The notes: generated by a model from the letters alone, not told the origin. Shown: positions 37,603-51,050, numbered from the whole stretch's first letter. The stretch: 63,999 bases of DNA, filler included, from Octopus bimaculoides (GCF_001194135.2; 4 parts of 4 records of this genome joined end to end with filler, not necessarily neighbours in it); one strand, 5' to 3'. A program made the numbers and translations.

Positions 37603-38190
37603 TCACAGATAGGCCGCGCGCGCGAGCATGTGTAGGATTATGCATGCATGCATACATGTATGTATGTGTGCACATGTATGTATGTATGTAGGTATGCATA
37701 AATGTACGCATGTATGTATGTATGCATGTATAAACACACACACACACACATATATATGGACAGTTGCACATACAGGCACGCATTACAGTAAAATAATTGT
37801 TTTTTTCACGGTAAGCTTTGAATCAGTTTCTAAATATTCTTTTTCTCTCTCAGATTTTTCTTTATTGATTTAACGCTGACATAGTTTTGTAATTTCTTGA
37901 TAATTATCGCAAGAAATCTGCGCAGCAACCAGTAATGTAAGGGGAATAACTCTTGTTACTTCATCACAGAATAATCATTCAAATATGAAACCACACAACT
38001 CTCTCTCTCTCTATCTCTTTCTCTCTCACACTCTCTCTCTTTCTCTCTTTCTCTCTCTCTCACTCTCTCTCTCACACACACACAAGCCAACCCAACACAC
38101 GCACATACACATATTTTAATGTATAAAAGCATATGTATGCGGCTTTGTGTGTGTGGGTGAGTGACACACACACACATCCACACACACAAA

Positions 38191-38396
38191 TTTTACTCTT
38201 ACTTGTTTCAGATATTTGACTGCGGCCATGCTGAAGCACCGCCTTTAGACGAGCAAATCGACCCCAAGACTTATCCTTTGCAAGCCTAATACTTATTATA
38301 TCGGTCTATTGTGCCAGACCATTAAGTTACCGGGACGTAAACACACCAGCGTCGGTTGTTAAGCGATGTTGGGGGACAAACACAGATACACAAACA
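38191..38396 (-). mobile_element. SINE family A, 3' half
   Basis: Reverse complement of 61760-61945. Confidence 0.9.
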
Positions 38397-38427
38397 TATA
38401 CACACGCATACATACATACATACATAC

Positions 38428-38514
<87 letters not shown>

Positions 38515-38889
38515 NNNNNNNNNNNNNNNNNNNNNNNNNNNNNNNNNNNNNNNNNNNNNNNNNNNNNNNNNNNNNNNNNNNNNNNNNNNNNNNNNNNNNN
38601 NNNNNNNNTTATTAATAAGGGTAGAAATTGATATTAATTGATATTAATTGAAGATATTTGAAAGGATACACTGAATGTAATTTGTAGAACTCTTCACGTG
38701 CTCCCTTTCGGGTGGACGTCTTGTGTCTAGTTCTGGAAATTATATTTTATAAATCGACAGACTACGCTGATGATCCTGCAGTTATTTACTTATGTAAATT
38801 TTAACAGGTGAAACCATGGTACGTAGGTTAATCGTATTTTTATTGAGAATGTAAGCTGTGTACAACCAAGACTGAAGACTCGAATCACA

Positions 38890-39012
38890 TTATCGCCACC
38901 TATCCTTTCGTGGTCGATAAAATAAGTACCAGTCGAGTATTGGGGTTGAGGTAACCCACTAGTCCCCTCTCCCGAAATTTCAGGCCTTGTGCCTATAGTA
39001 GAAACGATTATT
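38890..39012 (+). mobile_element. SINE family B, 3' part
   Basis: cctttcgtggtcgataaaataagtaccagt...tttcaggccttgtgcctatagtagaaacgattatt. Confidence 0.8.
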
Positions 39013-39535
39013 GCCACATCCGAGAGATTGTTGTCCAGATAATATCCTGCCATCAAGCATAATATGATGGCCAGAATAATTTGGAACTGGATAACCAAAA
39101 CATGAAACGACCAACAGACGAAGTTGACTATACGAGACTGATTGGTCAAAAGAGTGTTGGTGGAACTTAAAAATCAAAACAGCCATCAAGTTAGAAACAC
39201 AACCAGCCGCATTTTGTGGCGTGGAACCACAAAGAAAAGATATCTTCTGTTGTGGAAATCAGCTGCTCTCTGGATGGCAATATGCTTAGAAAATAGAGGG
39301 AAAATAGGACGTCTGTATACCATTGATAAAGAGACTGCAAACCCCATACTAAAGTTAGATTTTCAGTTTCATACTTACAATTATTGGAGCAACAGTATAC
39401 AAACCAACGAGTCTGGAGCAAAATGTGATTGAATTTGGAGTCTTAGAAAGAGAGTGCAACTCCTTAATTCGTACGCAACATATGATCACGATATGTGAGA
39501 TGTTGGATATGTGCAACATCTTCATAAGATTTAAA
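39013..39535 (+). mobile_element. R4/Dong-like (RLE) LINE 3' fragment
   Basis: IKHNMMARIIWNWITK, ECWWNLKIKTAIK and PHFVAWNHKEKISSVVEISCSLDGNM match RH(D/N).VA..I and the PD..(D/E)I.CP restriction-like endonuclease motifs. Confidence 0.7.
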
Positions 39536-39870
39536 GAATGATAAATGAAATAAGATGCGTTCCTTCACGACCTTGCTACCAAGTAGGAAGTAGGCAGCAG
39601 TTTAAAGATAAACTCTACATTATAAACGAAAAGAGAATACTTCCATGCACACACACACACACANNNNNNNNNNNNNNNNNNNNNNNNNNNNNNNNNNNNN
39701 NNNNNNNNNNNNNNNNNNNNNNNNNNNNNNNNNNNNNNNNNNNNNNNNNNNNNNNNNNNNNNNNNNNNNNNNNNNNNNNNNNNNNNNNNNNNNNNNNNNN
39801 NNNNNNNNNNNNNNNNNNNNNNNNNNNNNNNNNNNNNNNNNNNNNNNNNNNNNNNNNNNNNNNNNNNNNN

Positions 39871-39904
<34 letters not shown>

Positions 39905-40600
39905 GCATTCGCATACATGCATATAGAGTTAAATACACAGACAGATAGATATACATCTACACGTATATACAGAGATACATACTCGTACGAACGCAATGAA
40001 CTGATAGTCTGCCATTTGTAACGTGTGAGTACATTTATATATACGTGTGTGTGTGCGTATATATATATATATATATATAAATGTGTTCTCATTTCATGTA
40101 TTACTAAACACATGTATAAGCTGGTGGCTGCAGTTGTGACCTCTTCAGGATATCTTAATATACTTCGATGCTCCGCACACACCCATGTACAGCAGCCGGC
40201 GAGTGAGTAGAGTTCGTTGTAACAAAGTATTTGTATTAAACTTTGCATAAGGGTCCCTTTTTGTATGTATGTATGTATGTATGTATGTATGTATGTATGT
40301 GTGTGTGTGTGTGTGAGTATATGTATGTATGCGTTGTATGTATGCGTGTATGTATGTATGTATGTATGTATGTATGTATGTATGTATGTATGTATGTATA
40401 AATTTTATGTAAATTTCTGTCCATGTATGTACGCATATATCTATGTATGTGCGGATGTATTTATATATGGGTGAAAGCATGTGTATGTGTACTTGTACAT
40501 ATGAATGTGTGTGTGTGTGTGAGTGTGTAAATTGTCAATTATTAGATAAGTGCTTCCACGTGGCTAAGAGTTGTTCTGACTCTTATTTCTATACATATAT

Positions 40601-40642
<42 letters not shown>

Positions 40643-40819
40643 GTTAAGGCATGCACATAATCACATTGCCTTTAAAAAAGTTATTTTTTTAGTATATTTT
40701 TTTTACTTTTACAAATGTGTTATCTGTCTGTAACTAATTCCCTTTAGTGTTGCTTGTGCTCTTTAACCTCAATTTCCATGACAATCAATTAAGTAATTAA
40801 CTGTATTATTCAATAATGA

Positions 40820-41230
40820 AACTGTGATAGACAGTTCCACGGAGACCCTCTGGATTATTTCCTTCGTAACATTTCTTCTGCCCTATGACGCTACGTCGGA
40901 CATAAATTATCGAGAAAACGATAACTCTTCCTTTCTAAAAACCAGTCTTATCTCGCTGCTTGTCTCATGCACGTCTAAATCCTTCATCAGGAAACGTACG
41001 GATGTCGTCACTTTTACCGTTAATTTGGCAAGTAATGGTATCTCAGTTACAAATGTTTGATACTCTGACCACTACAAAGGAAGGCCGACCGTCTGTGGCT
41101 CCTCACTGCGGAATCAGAAGCAAGCATTTCTGTAAGTTCGCAAAGAGAAACTTCTCGAATTCCTATATTTTCATATTTAATGGCTTTGACAAATTCTGAT
41201 CTGCCTTTCTACCAAATCTTCCATAAAGAT
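40820..41230 (+). mobile_element. Penelope-like RT relic, diverged inverted paralog of 31420-31915
   Basis: FLLPYDATSDIN...YKGRPTVCG..HCGIRSKHFCKF aligns to the 31420-31915 copy. Confidence 0.45.
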
Positions 41231-41339
41231 TTAGTAATTAGGTATTCAACAGGGGCTTGATGTGTGTGTGTGTGTGTGTGTGTGCGTGTGTGTGCGTGTG
41301 TGTGTGTGTGTGTACATGTGTGTACGTGTGTGTGTGTGT

Positions 41340-41635
41340 GAAACCAGCCGCATGCCTCTACAACACCGGGCTGTCAGATTGGTCTCTTAGCGGTTGATTA
41401 CGTTACTTTTCAAACCTACACTCTAATAATGATTTTCTATTAAATTCATTCTCTTCGTTATTTAAAAATTTTATATTTACAGATAAAAATCCCATTGTCA
41501 GGTTATTAAGTACATAAACTAGAACCGACCCCCATAAATGTAATCCTTGTAATTTTCTATCAAAATTTACATTCCCAGCTATTTTCTAACACAATCAGAA
41601 ACTTTACAGAAAAACAATATTTTTTATATTACCGT
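41340..41635. repeat. Near-identical inverted repeat of 31070-31360
   Basis: Reverse-complement match; ends at a 20-N gap. Confidence 0.9.
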
Positions 41636-42839
41636 NNNNNNNNNNNNNNNNNNNNCTCAACATATGATCTCAGATCAAATCCCTTGTCAAACTGGAACAA
41701 TTTTGAAATCTTTAACTGGTCCAACGATAATTAAGCTGAGAATTTTTGAAATCAATAAAAAAATAATTGCCTGGCTTGTTATAACTTGTTTCTATGTATA
41801 GAATTTGTAAAGTTTTGATCGGTCTGTAATAATTTAATTGAGTCTATTTTTTGATGTTCTTACAATATTTATTGTTTATGCTTTTATTACGCGAGAAATT
41901 TGAGAATTTTTATTATGCATTTTTTCTTCAAGAAATCAGTAATATTTTTTTTTTTTCTAGATATAGCATTTTTAATACAGGGTGCCGTAATTTTCCAGTC
42001 ACTACCAAATATTTATGACGATACTTGATAAAATTATCAGCATACTTATAGATTTACAAGATGTTGGGGTGGCAAAGACAGACACACAAACATATACACA
42101 CGCATACATATATATACACATATATACGACGGGCTGTGGTTGGTAAGTAAGCTACTTACCACATAGCCACTCCTGCGTATGTATAAAAAGGCATTTACTA
42201 GAATGAAGATTAATACATCTTTGCTATAAGATTACGTCGTAAAAAAGGGTAAGCATTTGGGAAATATAATAACTGAATGGTCCAAAATGCAGATGGCTCC
42301 ATATTGAACCAATTATGATAGTGATGTAAAAATCCCAGTTCACATTGGATTCACATCTGTATGTGTTGCCTTGAATGCATCATCTTTGCATAAGTTTTAG
42401 GTATATTTGATATTGCAATCAGCTCAATATGGACAGATCTATATATTGTACCATTCAATTATTATAATCAAAATTGCATGTCGGCTTTTGCATGCTGTAA
42501 TCCTATATTAAATGCGTGTCATTCTTCAGTTTAGTTAATCCCTTCTTAATATACTCTGCCTGTTGGCCTTTGTATGATGTAATCCTATACGCGTGTGGGT
42601 CGTTGTGAGATATAATCCTATATTAAAGACGTGTTATTCTTCAGTCTCGTTAATATCTTTTTTAATATACACTGGATTTTCTTTTTCTTTTCTTTTAATT
42701 CTTCTAAGTGAACTTTGTATTTACTTATCGCACGGGGAGCGGGGTAATACCACGGATTAAATTGTAACTGGATTTAAAGTGTTTCCGGTTGTTCAACAAA
42801 GTGAATTTGCATAACCACTGAGCTCTTACAAAATATCTA

Positions 42840-42872
<33 letters not shown>

Positions 42873-43178
42873 NNNNNNNNNNNNNNNNNNNNNNNNNNNN
42901 NNNNNNNNNNNNNNNNNNNNNNNNNNNNNNNNNNNNNNNNNNNNNNNNNNNNNNNNNNNNNNNNNNNNNNNNNNNNNNNNNNNNNNNNNNNNNNNNNNNN
43001 NNNNNNNNNNNNNNNNNNNNNNNNNNNNNNNNNNNNNNNNNNNNNNNNNNNNNNNNNNNNNNNNNNNNNNNNNNNNNNNNNNNNNNNNNNNNNNNNNNNN
43101 NNNNNNNNNNATATACAGTGTATATATATATTCATATATAAATACATATACACACAAATATATATATGTACACACACA

Positions 43179-43232
<54 letters not shown>

Positions 43233-44317
43233 TATATATATATATATTTCCTATGTTGGTATATTTTTATGTTCATGAGTGTGTATGAATATGTGTAAGT
43301 AGGTAGATACATATGCATATAGACATAACAACATCGCTATATTTAGTTACAGATTTGAAACAGAATACAAGACACCCATTTACTTGAACGCTAATGATGG
43401 GAGACATACGAGAAGATAAAGATGGCAGACTTTACTGAATTAACACAAATAAATATTCAGATTTCATAAGCCATAAAAGTATACAAAACGCCATACAATA
43501 TTTATATTCCTGGATATGAATAGTCAATACATTATTACAAATATATCTGTATCCAGACAGGCGACTTAATGTTTCTACAGAAGCGATCGAATCTGCATCT
43601 TATCTCTTTCTTATCAAATCTCGTTTATATCTCGTTCGTAGGTGTCAACCACAATTGTAATGACAGACAGTCACATTCATATATTATTTGATGAATATTT
43701 AAAACCAATTGTTCTTATTTTATTATTTTATTTTGTTTGTTTCAAGTCCATATTCGTCGGGCAGAAAGAACTTGTGGTGCTTTACTTGTTTCTGGTCATT
43801 TGATTGTGGCCATGCTTCTAAAAACGGAATGCTCACAGAAAGAATACATTCGACCAAGTTATCTAACTCGATGCGAATCGGCCAGTGTTAAACAACGTTA
43901 GATCGTTGGTAACAAATAATATAAATAGAAAGATGAGATTACCGGTAAAACCGCAGCTAAGATCCCGACGAAGATTTCCAGACCAGTCAATTCTAACGGA
44001 GCCATGCTGAGCCAAAAAGGAAACTACGCTAATCTAAAATGTAGCCAAATTTCCGTATTCTTTATCTGACAAAAAATTGACAAACCTAAACGTAAGCAAA
44101 ATAAATAAATAATTAAATAAATACAAATGTCTTCGACTGTACAATGAAGGCGGAAGAAATAAATAAAGATATTCCATGAACTTAACGATCTGGAAGGAAA
44201 AAATTGTACATATACATACTTACACACATGTACGCACGCACACACACACACGCACACACACACATATATATATATATATGCAAATATATACACATACACG
44301 CATATACATATACATAC

Positions 44318-44352
<35 letters not shown>

Positions 44353-44452
44353 NNNNNNNNNNNNNNNNNNNNNNNNNNNNNNNNNNNNNNNNNNNNTTAA
44401 TTAATTAANNNNNNNNNNNNNNNNNNNNNNNNNNNNNNNNNNNNNNNNNNNN
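44353..44452. other. Artificial scaffold spacer 44N-TTAATTAATTAA-44N
   Basis: Identical layout to 30970-31069. Confidence 0.95.
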
Positions 44453-44493
<41 letters not shown>

Positions 44494-44495
<2 letters not shown>

Positions 44496-44650
44496 CGGAT
44501 TTCTTTCTGTTTCTGTCTACTAAATCCGCTCACAAGGCTTTAGTTAGCCCGAGGCTATAGTAGAAGACACTTACCCAAGATACCACACGGTAGGAGTGAA
44601 CCCGGAACCATGTGGTTGGGAAACAAACTTCTTACCACGCAGCTACGCCT
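44494..44650 (-). mobile_element. SINE family A, 5' half
   Basis: Reverse complement of 61557-61708; abuts (TA)n at the internal microsatellite position. Confidence 0.9.
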
Positions 44651-45309
44651 GTGTCTTTATAAATGCTTGTGTCTTTGTGATCAGACATATACATATTACA
44701 GACCATTTAGATCATTTAATATTTTCATAGCACTATCACCTGACCGAAAACTGGGTCTTTGGACTGACATACACCAGCATCTAATATTCGCCACAACGTC
44801 ATATCACATGCTATTGCTGCTTAACCTCCAATCTGCCTTGTTGAATCAGGTTTATAATCAACGACATCCCACCCATAACCATCCCGCCTTTTTATATATC
44901 AAGGATTACATTATCCAATATGTTCTTCATTTTTCTCTTTTTAATATAGCTGTAATGTGTGTGATTTGAATGAGATTTGGTTGCTATTTCTAATGCATCA
45001 ATTGAATGACCACTTAGAGATACCTCTGATGCCCTGGCAAAAAAAATATTACTTTGCTAAGTAGGGGTTCCTGTTATCCCCTAATTAGAAATGTCAATGT
45101 GTTATGCTTGCTCAGCGTGATACAGCATTTCGCCGCTAGATGTCCTAGTTGAAACAGTTTAGCCAATCAGCTGTTTCTCCTTTCAGAGCTGTTTTTTCAC
45201 TCGTTCTGGTAGCTATGGTTACTACACTGGTCTGCAATCAATATCTCTCCTTGAAAGCGACAACCTATCAGTAAACTCGCTTGATTTTGTAGGCATTGAG
45301 AAAGAATTT

Positions 45310-45732
45310 AAGGTAGAGAGAGAGAGAGAGAGATGGAGAGAGAGAGAGAGAGAGAGAGGGAGAAAGAAAGAAGAAGAAGAAGAAGAAGAGAGAGAGAGAG
45401 AGAAAAGGAGAAAGCAAGACAGAGAAAGAGCGAGAGAGAGAGAGGAGAGCAGGAGAGACGGGAGAGAAAGAGAGGAGAGAAAGAGGGAGAGATGGAGAGA
45501 GAGAGGGAGAAGGAAAGAGGAAGAGGGATACAGAAAAGGAGAAAGTGAGACACAGAGAGAGGGAGAGAGTGAGGGAGAGAGAGAGCTAGAGGAAGAGGGA
45601 AAGGTGGGGGAGAGATCGAGAGAGCGAGAGAGAGAGAGAGAGAGCAAGAGAGAGAGAGAGCAAGAGAGAGAGAGAGCGGGCGAGAGAGAGCAAGAGAGAC
45701 AGAGCGAGAGAGAAAGAGAGAGTTAGAGGGAA

Positions 45733-45763
<31 letters not shown>

Positions 45764-45870
45764 GAGATAGAGAGGGGGGAGAGCGGGTGAGAGAGCGAGA
45801 GAGAGAGAGAGAGAGAGAGAGCGGGTGAGAGACGGAGAGAGAGAGAGAACGAAAGAGAGGAAAGGAAAAG
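45310..45870. repeat. GA-rich polypurine compound repeat
   Basis: Directly visible (GA)n/(GAA)n/(GAGC) mosaic. Confidence 0.95.
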
Positions 45871-45899
45871 GTGGAAGATTGAGGATGAGGTATTGTAGA

Positions 45900-46119
45900 C
45901 CGGCACGACTACAGCAACAGCAGCAACAACAACTGCAACTATATAAGGTCTACAAACAATACCAGCAACGACTGCTTCAAAGACAACAACAACAACAACA
46001 ACAACAACAACGTCACTGCAACAAGACGAAGAACTATAAAAGGAGCAGTAACAGTGGCAACAACAACTATCCTTGATCAACAATAACAACGACTACTTCT
46101 GCTGCTGCTGCTGCCACTG

Positions 46120-46179
<60 letters not shown>

Positions 46180-46278
46180 TTACTACTACTACTACTACTA
46201 CTACTGGTGGTGGTGGTGGTGGTACTACAACAACTACTATTATTATTACTGTTGCTGCTTTTGTTGCTGCAGCTGTTG

Positions 46279-46324
<46 letters not shown>

Positions 46325-46327
46325 GGT

Positions 46328-46378
<51 letters not shown>

Positions 46379-46465
46379 GGCTACTACTATTACTACTGGC
46401 GGTGGTGGTGGTGGTGGTACTACAAGAACCACTACTTGTGGGGGGGGGTGATGGTTGTGCTGTTG

Positions 46466-46517
<52 letters not shown>

Positions 46518-46520
46518 ATA
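45900..46520. repeat. Compound trinucleotide array CAA/CTG/CTA/TGG
   Basis: Directly visible. Confidence 0.95.
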
Positions 46521-46655
46521 GTTACGATAAAGGCTGCAACAACAATCTACAGCAATCGCAAAGGCAATATCATCACAGACATCTTAGCCGTCACTGGCAA
46601 GCGAGTATCAACTGATAGCTTGTACCACGACTTCTTCATTTGTTTAAGGTACCTG

Positions 46656-47564
46656 CGAGGTGCCATCAAAAGGTGGCATCAAAACACTAGTAATGTTTAA
46701 TAAAAAATTAACTTATTTACCTAAGTTTTACCATCATCTCCTTTGAAATAATCACCTTGCGCAGCAATACACTGGTCCCAGCGTTCCTACTACTTTTGGA
46801 ATCTGGGCTGGAAGTCGTTTCCCGTAAGCGAGTCGAGGAACTTTTTGCGATTCGTTCTGGATTTCGACAACGGTGTTAAAACGGCGACCTTTGAGCTGCA
46901 TTTTCATGTTGGAGAAGAGACGAAAATCCGTGGGTGCTAAATTTGGCGAATAGGGCCGGTGCGGAAGCGATACCATATTGTTTTTTGGCGAGAAAAGCTC
47001 GGTGACAGGGTGCATTGTTGTGAAGAATCCACTTCTTAGCGCTTCACAGATCTTGTCACTTTTACCGAATGTCCTCCCCCGAAATCTTGCAAACGTCTTT
47101 GATTGTCCTCTGACGATCCTCATACACAAGTTGATGAATTTTCTCCACATTTACGAGGGTTACGTTCGTGGCAAATCTTCCAGATCACTGATTGTCTTCC
47201 AGAGATGTTCTTCTGCTTTTGAAGTGCCTGTGCCGCTTGAAACATTGCATACGACCTATTTCCTCGTCGTCGCAAGCTTGCCGAAGCATGCTCAATGCCT
47301 CTGTAGCAGACTTATCCAATTTTAATTCAAAGTTTTCAAGTTGGCTCTTTGTTCCAACTTCCTGCCTATGACAAAAATTGCAGACTACAGCTTACACGTG
47401 ATCACAAAAACGCAAATTTCACAATTTGTGAAGTAAACACAGTGATGTCACGCGGCACACTGCCTCATGAAGGTCACAGCTAGCTCTGAATGCGCACGCA
47501 ACCATGTGCTGCCATTTGTTGGCGTGCTACAGAACTAATCCTGGAATTTTTTGATACCACATTG
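46656..47564 (-). mobile_element. mariner (DD34D) transposon, internally deleted
   Basis: Minus strand EQRANLK..KSATEALSMLRQ..SLEDNQ*SGR (HTH region), HNDNAPCH, and PHRPYSPNLAPTDFRLFSNMKMQLKGRRF...QGDYFKGD. Degenerate TIRs CGAGGTGCCATCAAAA / TTTTTTGATACCACATTG. Confidence 0.9.
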
Positions 47565-47589
47565 TATGTAGTCACAAATAGACATGGAT

Positions 47590-47720
47590 GCCCTCCTGGC
47601 CCTTCTTCTTTTGGCCCAGCAGAACATCAAGGAGATGATTCGAAGACTACAGATCTAGGCCATCACTGGAACTGTAAGAATCTCTAAAACTTACCAAAAG
47701 TTTATCATTTAAGTATGTAT
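47590..47720 (+). mobile_element. R4/Dong-like LINE terminal remnant
   Basis: EMIRRLQI*AITGTVRISKTYQKF matches the LQ..(S/A)I.GT.(K/R)I C-terminus of RLE LINE ORFs. Confidence 0.5.
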
Positions 47721-48966
47721 GAGCATGTCTAAGCATGCCATTATATGCATCAGAATACATACATAAAACTAAACATGCAATTTGCATACATACATACACA
47801 TACACATACATAATACAAACATACATACATGCATACATAAATACATACATACAAAAATGCCTTGTTGTTGAAATTCCAATGAAGGAGCCTTGGATCTAGG
47901 TTAGAAACCAGGTCTTTCTCTATTGGCAAGAGATGTTGAAATAAAACTAAATAATCACACAAACATACTATATACATCTTAATATATAAAATACTCTGTC
48001 TGTGTGTGGGTCCTCAATGCACGCTCAAACCTCTGGATCAATATGTACCATAATTGTGGTACGTGAATAATTTGACCTTGGAAAGAATAATACGGTCTTG
48101 ATTTATTTATTTTTTTTATTGAAAATAAATAATATTGCTCTGTATATAAAGATTCACTTCTACAAATCGTTTTCTCAACTTCCTGTGTTTGAACTTCCTC
48201 TCTTTGGCATCCTAAGCAGCTAGTTGCACACACACGTATGTATACAATATTACAGTTGTGACGATTTCAGATAAAAAAGAATTTCTATAGTTACTTACAT
48301 TTTTTATATTCTTCTCCAGCTTTCTAGTAAAATTTCGAGAAAAAAATTGGAAAGTTAAGGAGCGGGTGTATTACAGTCTAAAAGGAGATTTTTTTTTTTT
48401 TGCATGTTCAGAATCTCCGTTGGCGACAAGGTCGGAATCCGTAGAAAAAAAAAACAAAACACAAAGGGGTGGCGTGCTTATACTTCGTGTCCTCTCACAC
48501 ACAGTTACATATAATGAAAAAAGTTCAAACGGGGGAATTATTCCATTCAATATCATGTTTATTATAGAGATTATGTAACAGATTATACTTTACACTTCTA
48601 TATTTAACTGTGCGTGTATATTCCTTATTTTTGCTTCTGGTGTCTTCTACCTTTCTATTAGAACTGTTTACCTGGGAATTTACTTGAAGTGAAAAAAGAA
48701 AAATCGTAAGCAACAGATAAGTCGTCTTAATAACATATATCTGTGTACCAGACAGTTAGCTGTTATTTTTAGCGTGAGTTTTCTGGTGAGGGCTTCATTT
48801 GCCTTCATTGCCTGATGCTTCAGTAGAAATCTACGGATGCACAAACGCACATAACTCGAAATAGCCCCGAGTGAGGAACGGTTCTCAAAAATAATCCCCA
48901 ATTGCTTCCCCCCCCCCAAATTCCTATATGCTCTGAACCTACATAGTCCGAGGTATATTTGTAGAC

Positions 48967-49201
48967 AATTTCATTAAAAAATATCCATTTTTCTGAAAGT
49001 TATCACCCAAACTCAGGGCGGGGGCAGAAAGCCTGTGGTGAGATGGTACCCACTGTCAATGATCTCATAATGCATATGCTCCCAAACATTGCACAAAACT
49101 TTTGCAACAGTCAATGGCTCTGTGAGTGAGCCATCTTAGCTCCACGTAATAACGCTGTCAACAAAATCAACTGGGATCTCTTGCAGCTGTTGCCCGGACA
49201 A
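48967..49201 (+). repeat. 235-bp direct repeat identical to 49541-49775 (Helitron-derived)
   Basis: Identical by eye at constant offset 574; ends at a gap. Confidence 0.9.
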
Positions 49202-49271
49202 NNNNNNNNNNNNNNNNNNNNNNNNNNNNNNNNNNNNNNNNNNNNNNNNNNNNNNNNNNNNNNNNNNNNNN

Positions 49272-49404
49272 CGGCAAAAGAGACCGAAAGAATAAGTACT
49301 AGGCTTCCAAAGAATAAGTCCTGGGGTCGATTTGCTCGACTAAAGGCGGTGCTCCAGCATGGCCACAGTCAAAAGACTGAAACAAGTAAAAGAGTAAAAG
49401 AGTA
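49272..49404 (+). mobile_element. SINE family A, 3' end
   Basis: ggcaaaagagaccgaaagaataag...gtaaaagagtaaaagagta. Confidence 0.9.
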
Positions 49405-49607
49405 TATCTCTGAAAGTTATGACGAACTGAAGTGGACTCCGGTTAATTTTTCTAAAATCTTCCCCACTCCCTCCTAAAACACATTCCCCCCAAAATTTCA
49501 TATATTCGGAATCTACATGATATAGCACATATTCGTAGAAAATTTCATTAAAAAATATCCATTTTTCTGAAAGTTATCACCCAAACTCAGGGCGGGGGCA
49601 GAAAGCC

Positions 49608-50293
49608 TGTGGTGAGATGGTACCCACTGTCAATGATCTCATAATGCATATGCTCCCAAACATTGCACAAAACTTTTGCAACAGTCAATGGCTCTGTGAG
49701 TGAGCCATCTTAGCTCCACGTAATAACGCTGTCAACAAAATCAACTGGGATCTCTTGCAGCTGTTGCCCGGACAAGGACAGTCTTTCAAATTCCTCGACA
49801 CTGTCATTGATAAGGAGCAGGCTGTAGTTTTTCCAACTGAGTTCCTGAACTCATTACAGCCATCTGGGATGCTACATCATCACTTAACACTTAAAAAAGG
49901 AGCCCTAATTATGCTCAGGAATCTGGATCCATCTCGTCGGTGCAATGACACCATACTGGTGATGAAAGCGAAACGACCCCATGTCCTACAGGCAACAGTT
50001 ATGACTGGGAACTATAAGGGTGAGGATGTCTTCATTCCACAAATCCCATTAATCCCATATGACCTCCCCATTGAATTTAAACGGTTCCAGTTCCTAGTGA
50101 GACTAAGTTTCGCTATGTCAATAAACAAGTCTCAAAGACAGTCTCTCAGAGTTGTTGAACTTCACCTTGCTTCTCTCATGGGCAATTATATGTAGGATAT
50201 TCGCGAGTTGGAAGTCCCCCAAATCTTTTCATCTATACAGTAAATAAAGGACACACTCAAAACATCGTATACTTAGACGCTCTAGGTAATTAA
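49608..50293 (+). pseudogene. Helitron Rep/Hel PIF1-like helicase C-terminal fragment
   Basis: WLCE*AILAPRNNAVNKIN, FPTEFLNSLQPSG, MLRNLDP, GEDVFIPQIPLIP, FAMSINKSQ, SHGQLYV..SRV, TQNIVY; one stop and one frameshift. Confidence 0.95.
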
Positions 50294-50610
50294 ACTGTGA
50301 TTGATTTCCTGACTTGTTTCAATATATTTATTTATACTCACGTCATCTGATAGAATTTTTGTTGAATGAACTTATTACCAAGAGGGGAGCGTCCGCAGGT
50401 CGGTTCTTCTCAAATTTATGCATTTTCAGGTTCCACGTGTTTCAAATAAGTACTGACAATTGAAGGTGATTGCAAAGACAAAGAACTACCTGTTTTTGAA
50501 AAGCAATTTTAACAATGAGAACATCGGATAGAACATGCTATTGACATAAAATAGTTTCTACCTCAGTTAATTACTGTTGAGAACTGCATAATCCATGTTT
50601 TATTTCACTT

Positions 50611-50800
50611 AGAGATTTAAAAGGCATACTTAAATTTCATTATTTTCAATAACCTGGGAAACGCCGGGTTACGAATGTATAAAGTTGGTATTTAAGCTAC
50701 CAGGAGGCAAGACCAGTATAGTCTATGCTTCATGCTAGAGATCTAAAAGGCATTTTAAAATTTCATTATTTTCCTTAACCCGGGCAACGCCGGGTATTTC
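50611..50800 (+). terminator. Two tandem Helitron-type 3' subterminal hairpins
   Basis: 58-bp unit repeated at 50611-50668 and 50737-50794, each ending in a GC hairpin (AACCTGG/CCGGGTT; ACCCGG/CCGGGT), downstream of the helicase stop. Confidence 0.65.
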
Positions 50801-50804
50801 TGCA

Positions 50805-50938
50805 TCGCAGTCACATGGTTCCAGGTGCAGTCCCATTGTAGCATCATCGGTAAGTGTATTCTACTATGGCTCCGGACAAAAATCTTTGTCAGTGGAGTTG
50901 AAAGACGGAAACTGAAAGAAGGCCTCAATGTGTGTATC

Positions 50939-50970
<32 letters not shown>
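50805..50970 (+). mobile_element. SINE family A, degenerate 5' half with internal (GT)n
   Basis: cacatggttccaggtgcagtccca...gacggaaactgaaagaaggcc then (GT)n. Confidence 0.7.
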
Positions 50971-50974
<4 letters not shown>

Positions 50975-51050
50975 ACAATTGCGAGATCGTGGTTTCACTT
51001 TCAATTACGCTGTGTCAAAAAACTTTCATTTATTTTTGCTTTTTCTTTGG

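Noticed and set aside
45825-46076. Poly-Q ORF
   Set aside because: Derived from CAA/CAG trinucleotide runs adjacent to a GA tract, with no domain.
49755-50195. Host PIF1 helicase gene
   Set aside because: Intronless, disrupted by a stop and frameshift, and followed by Helitron-type terminal hairpins.
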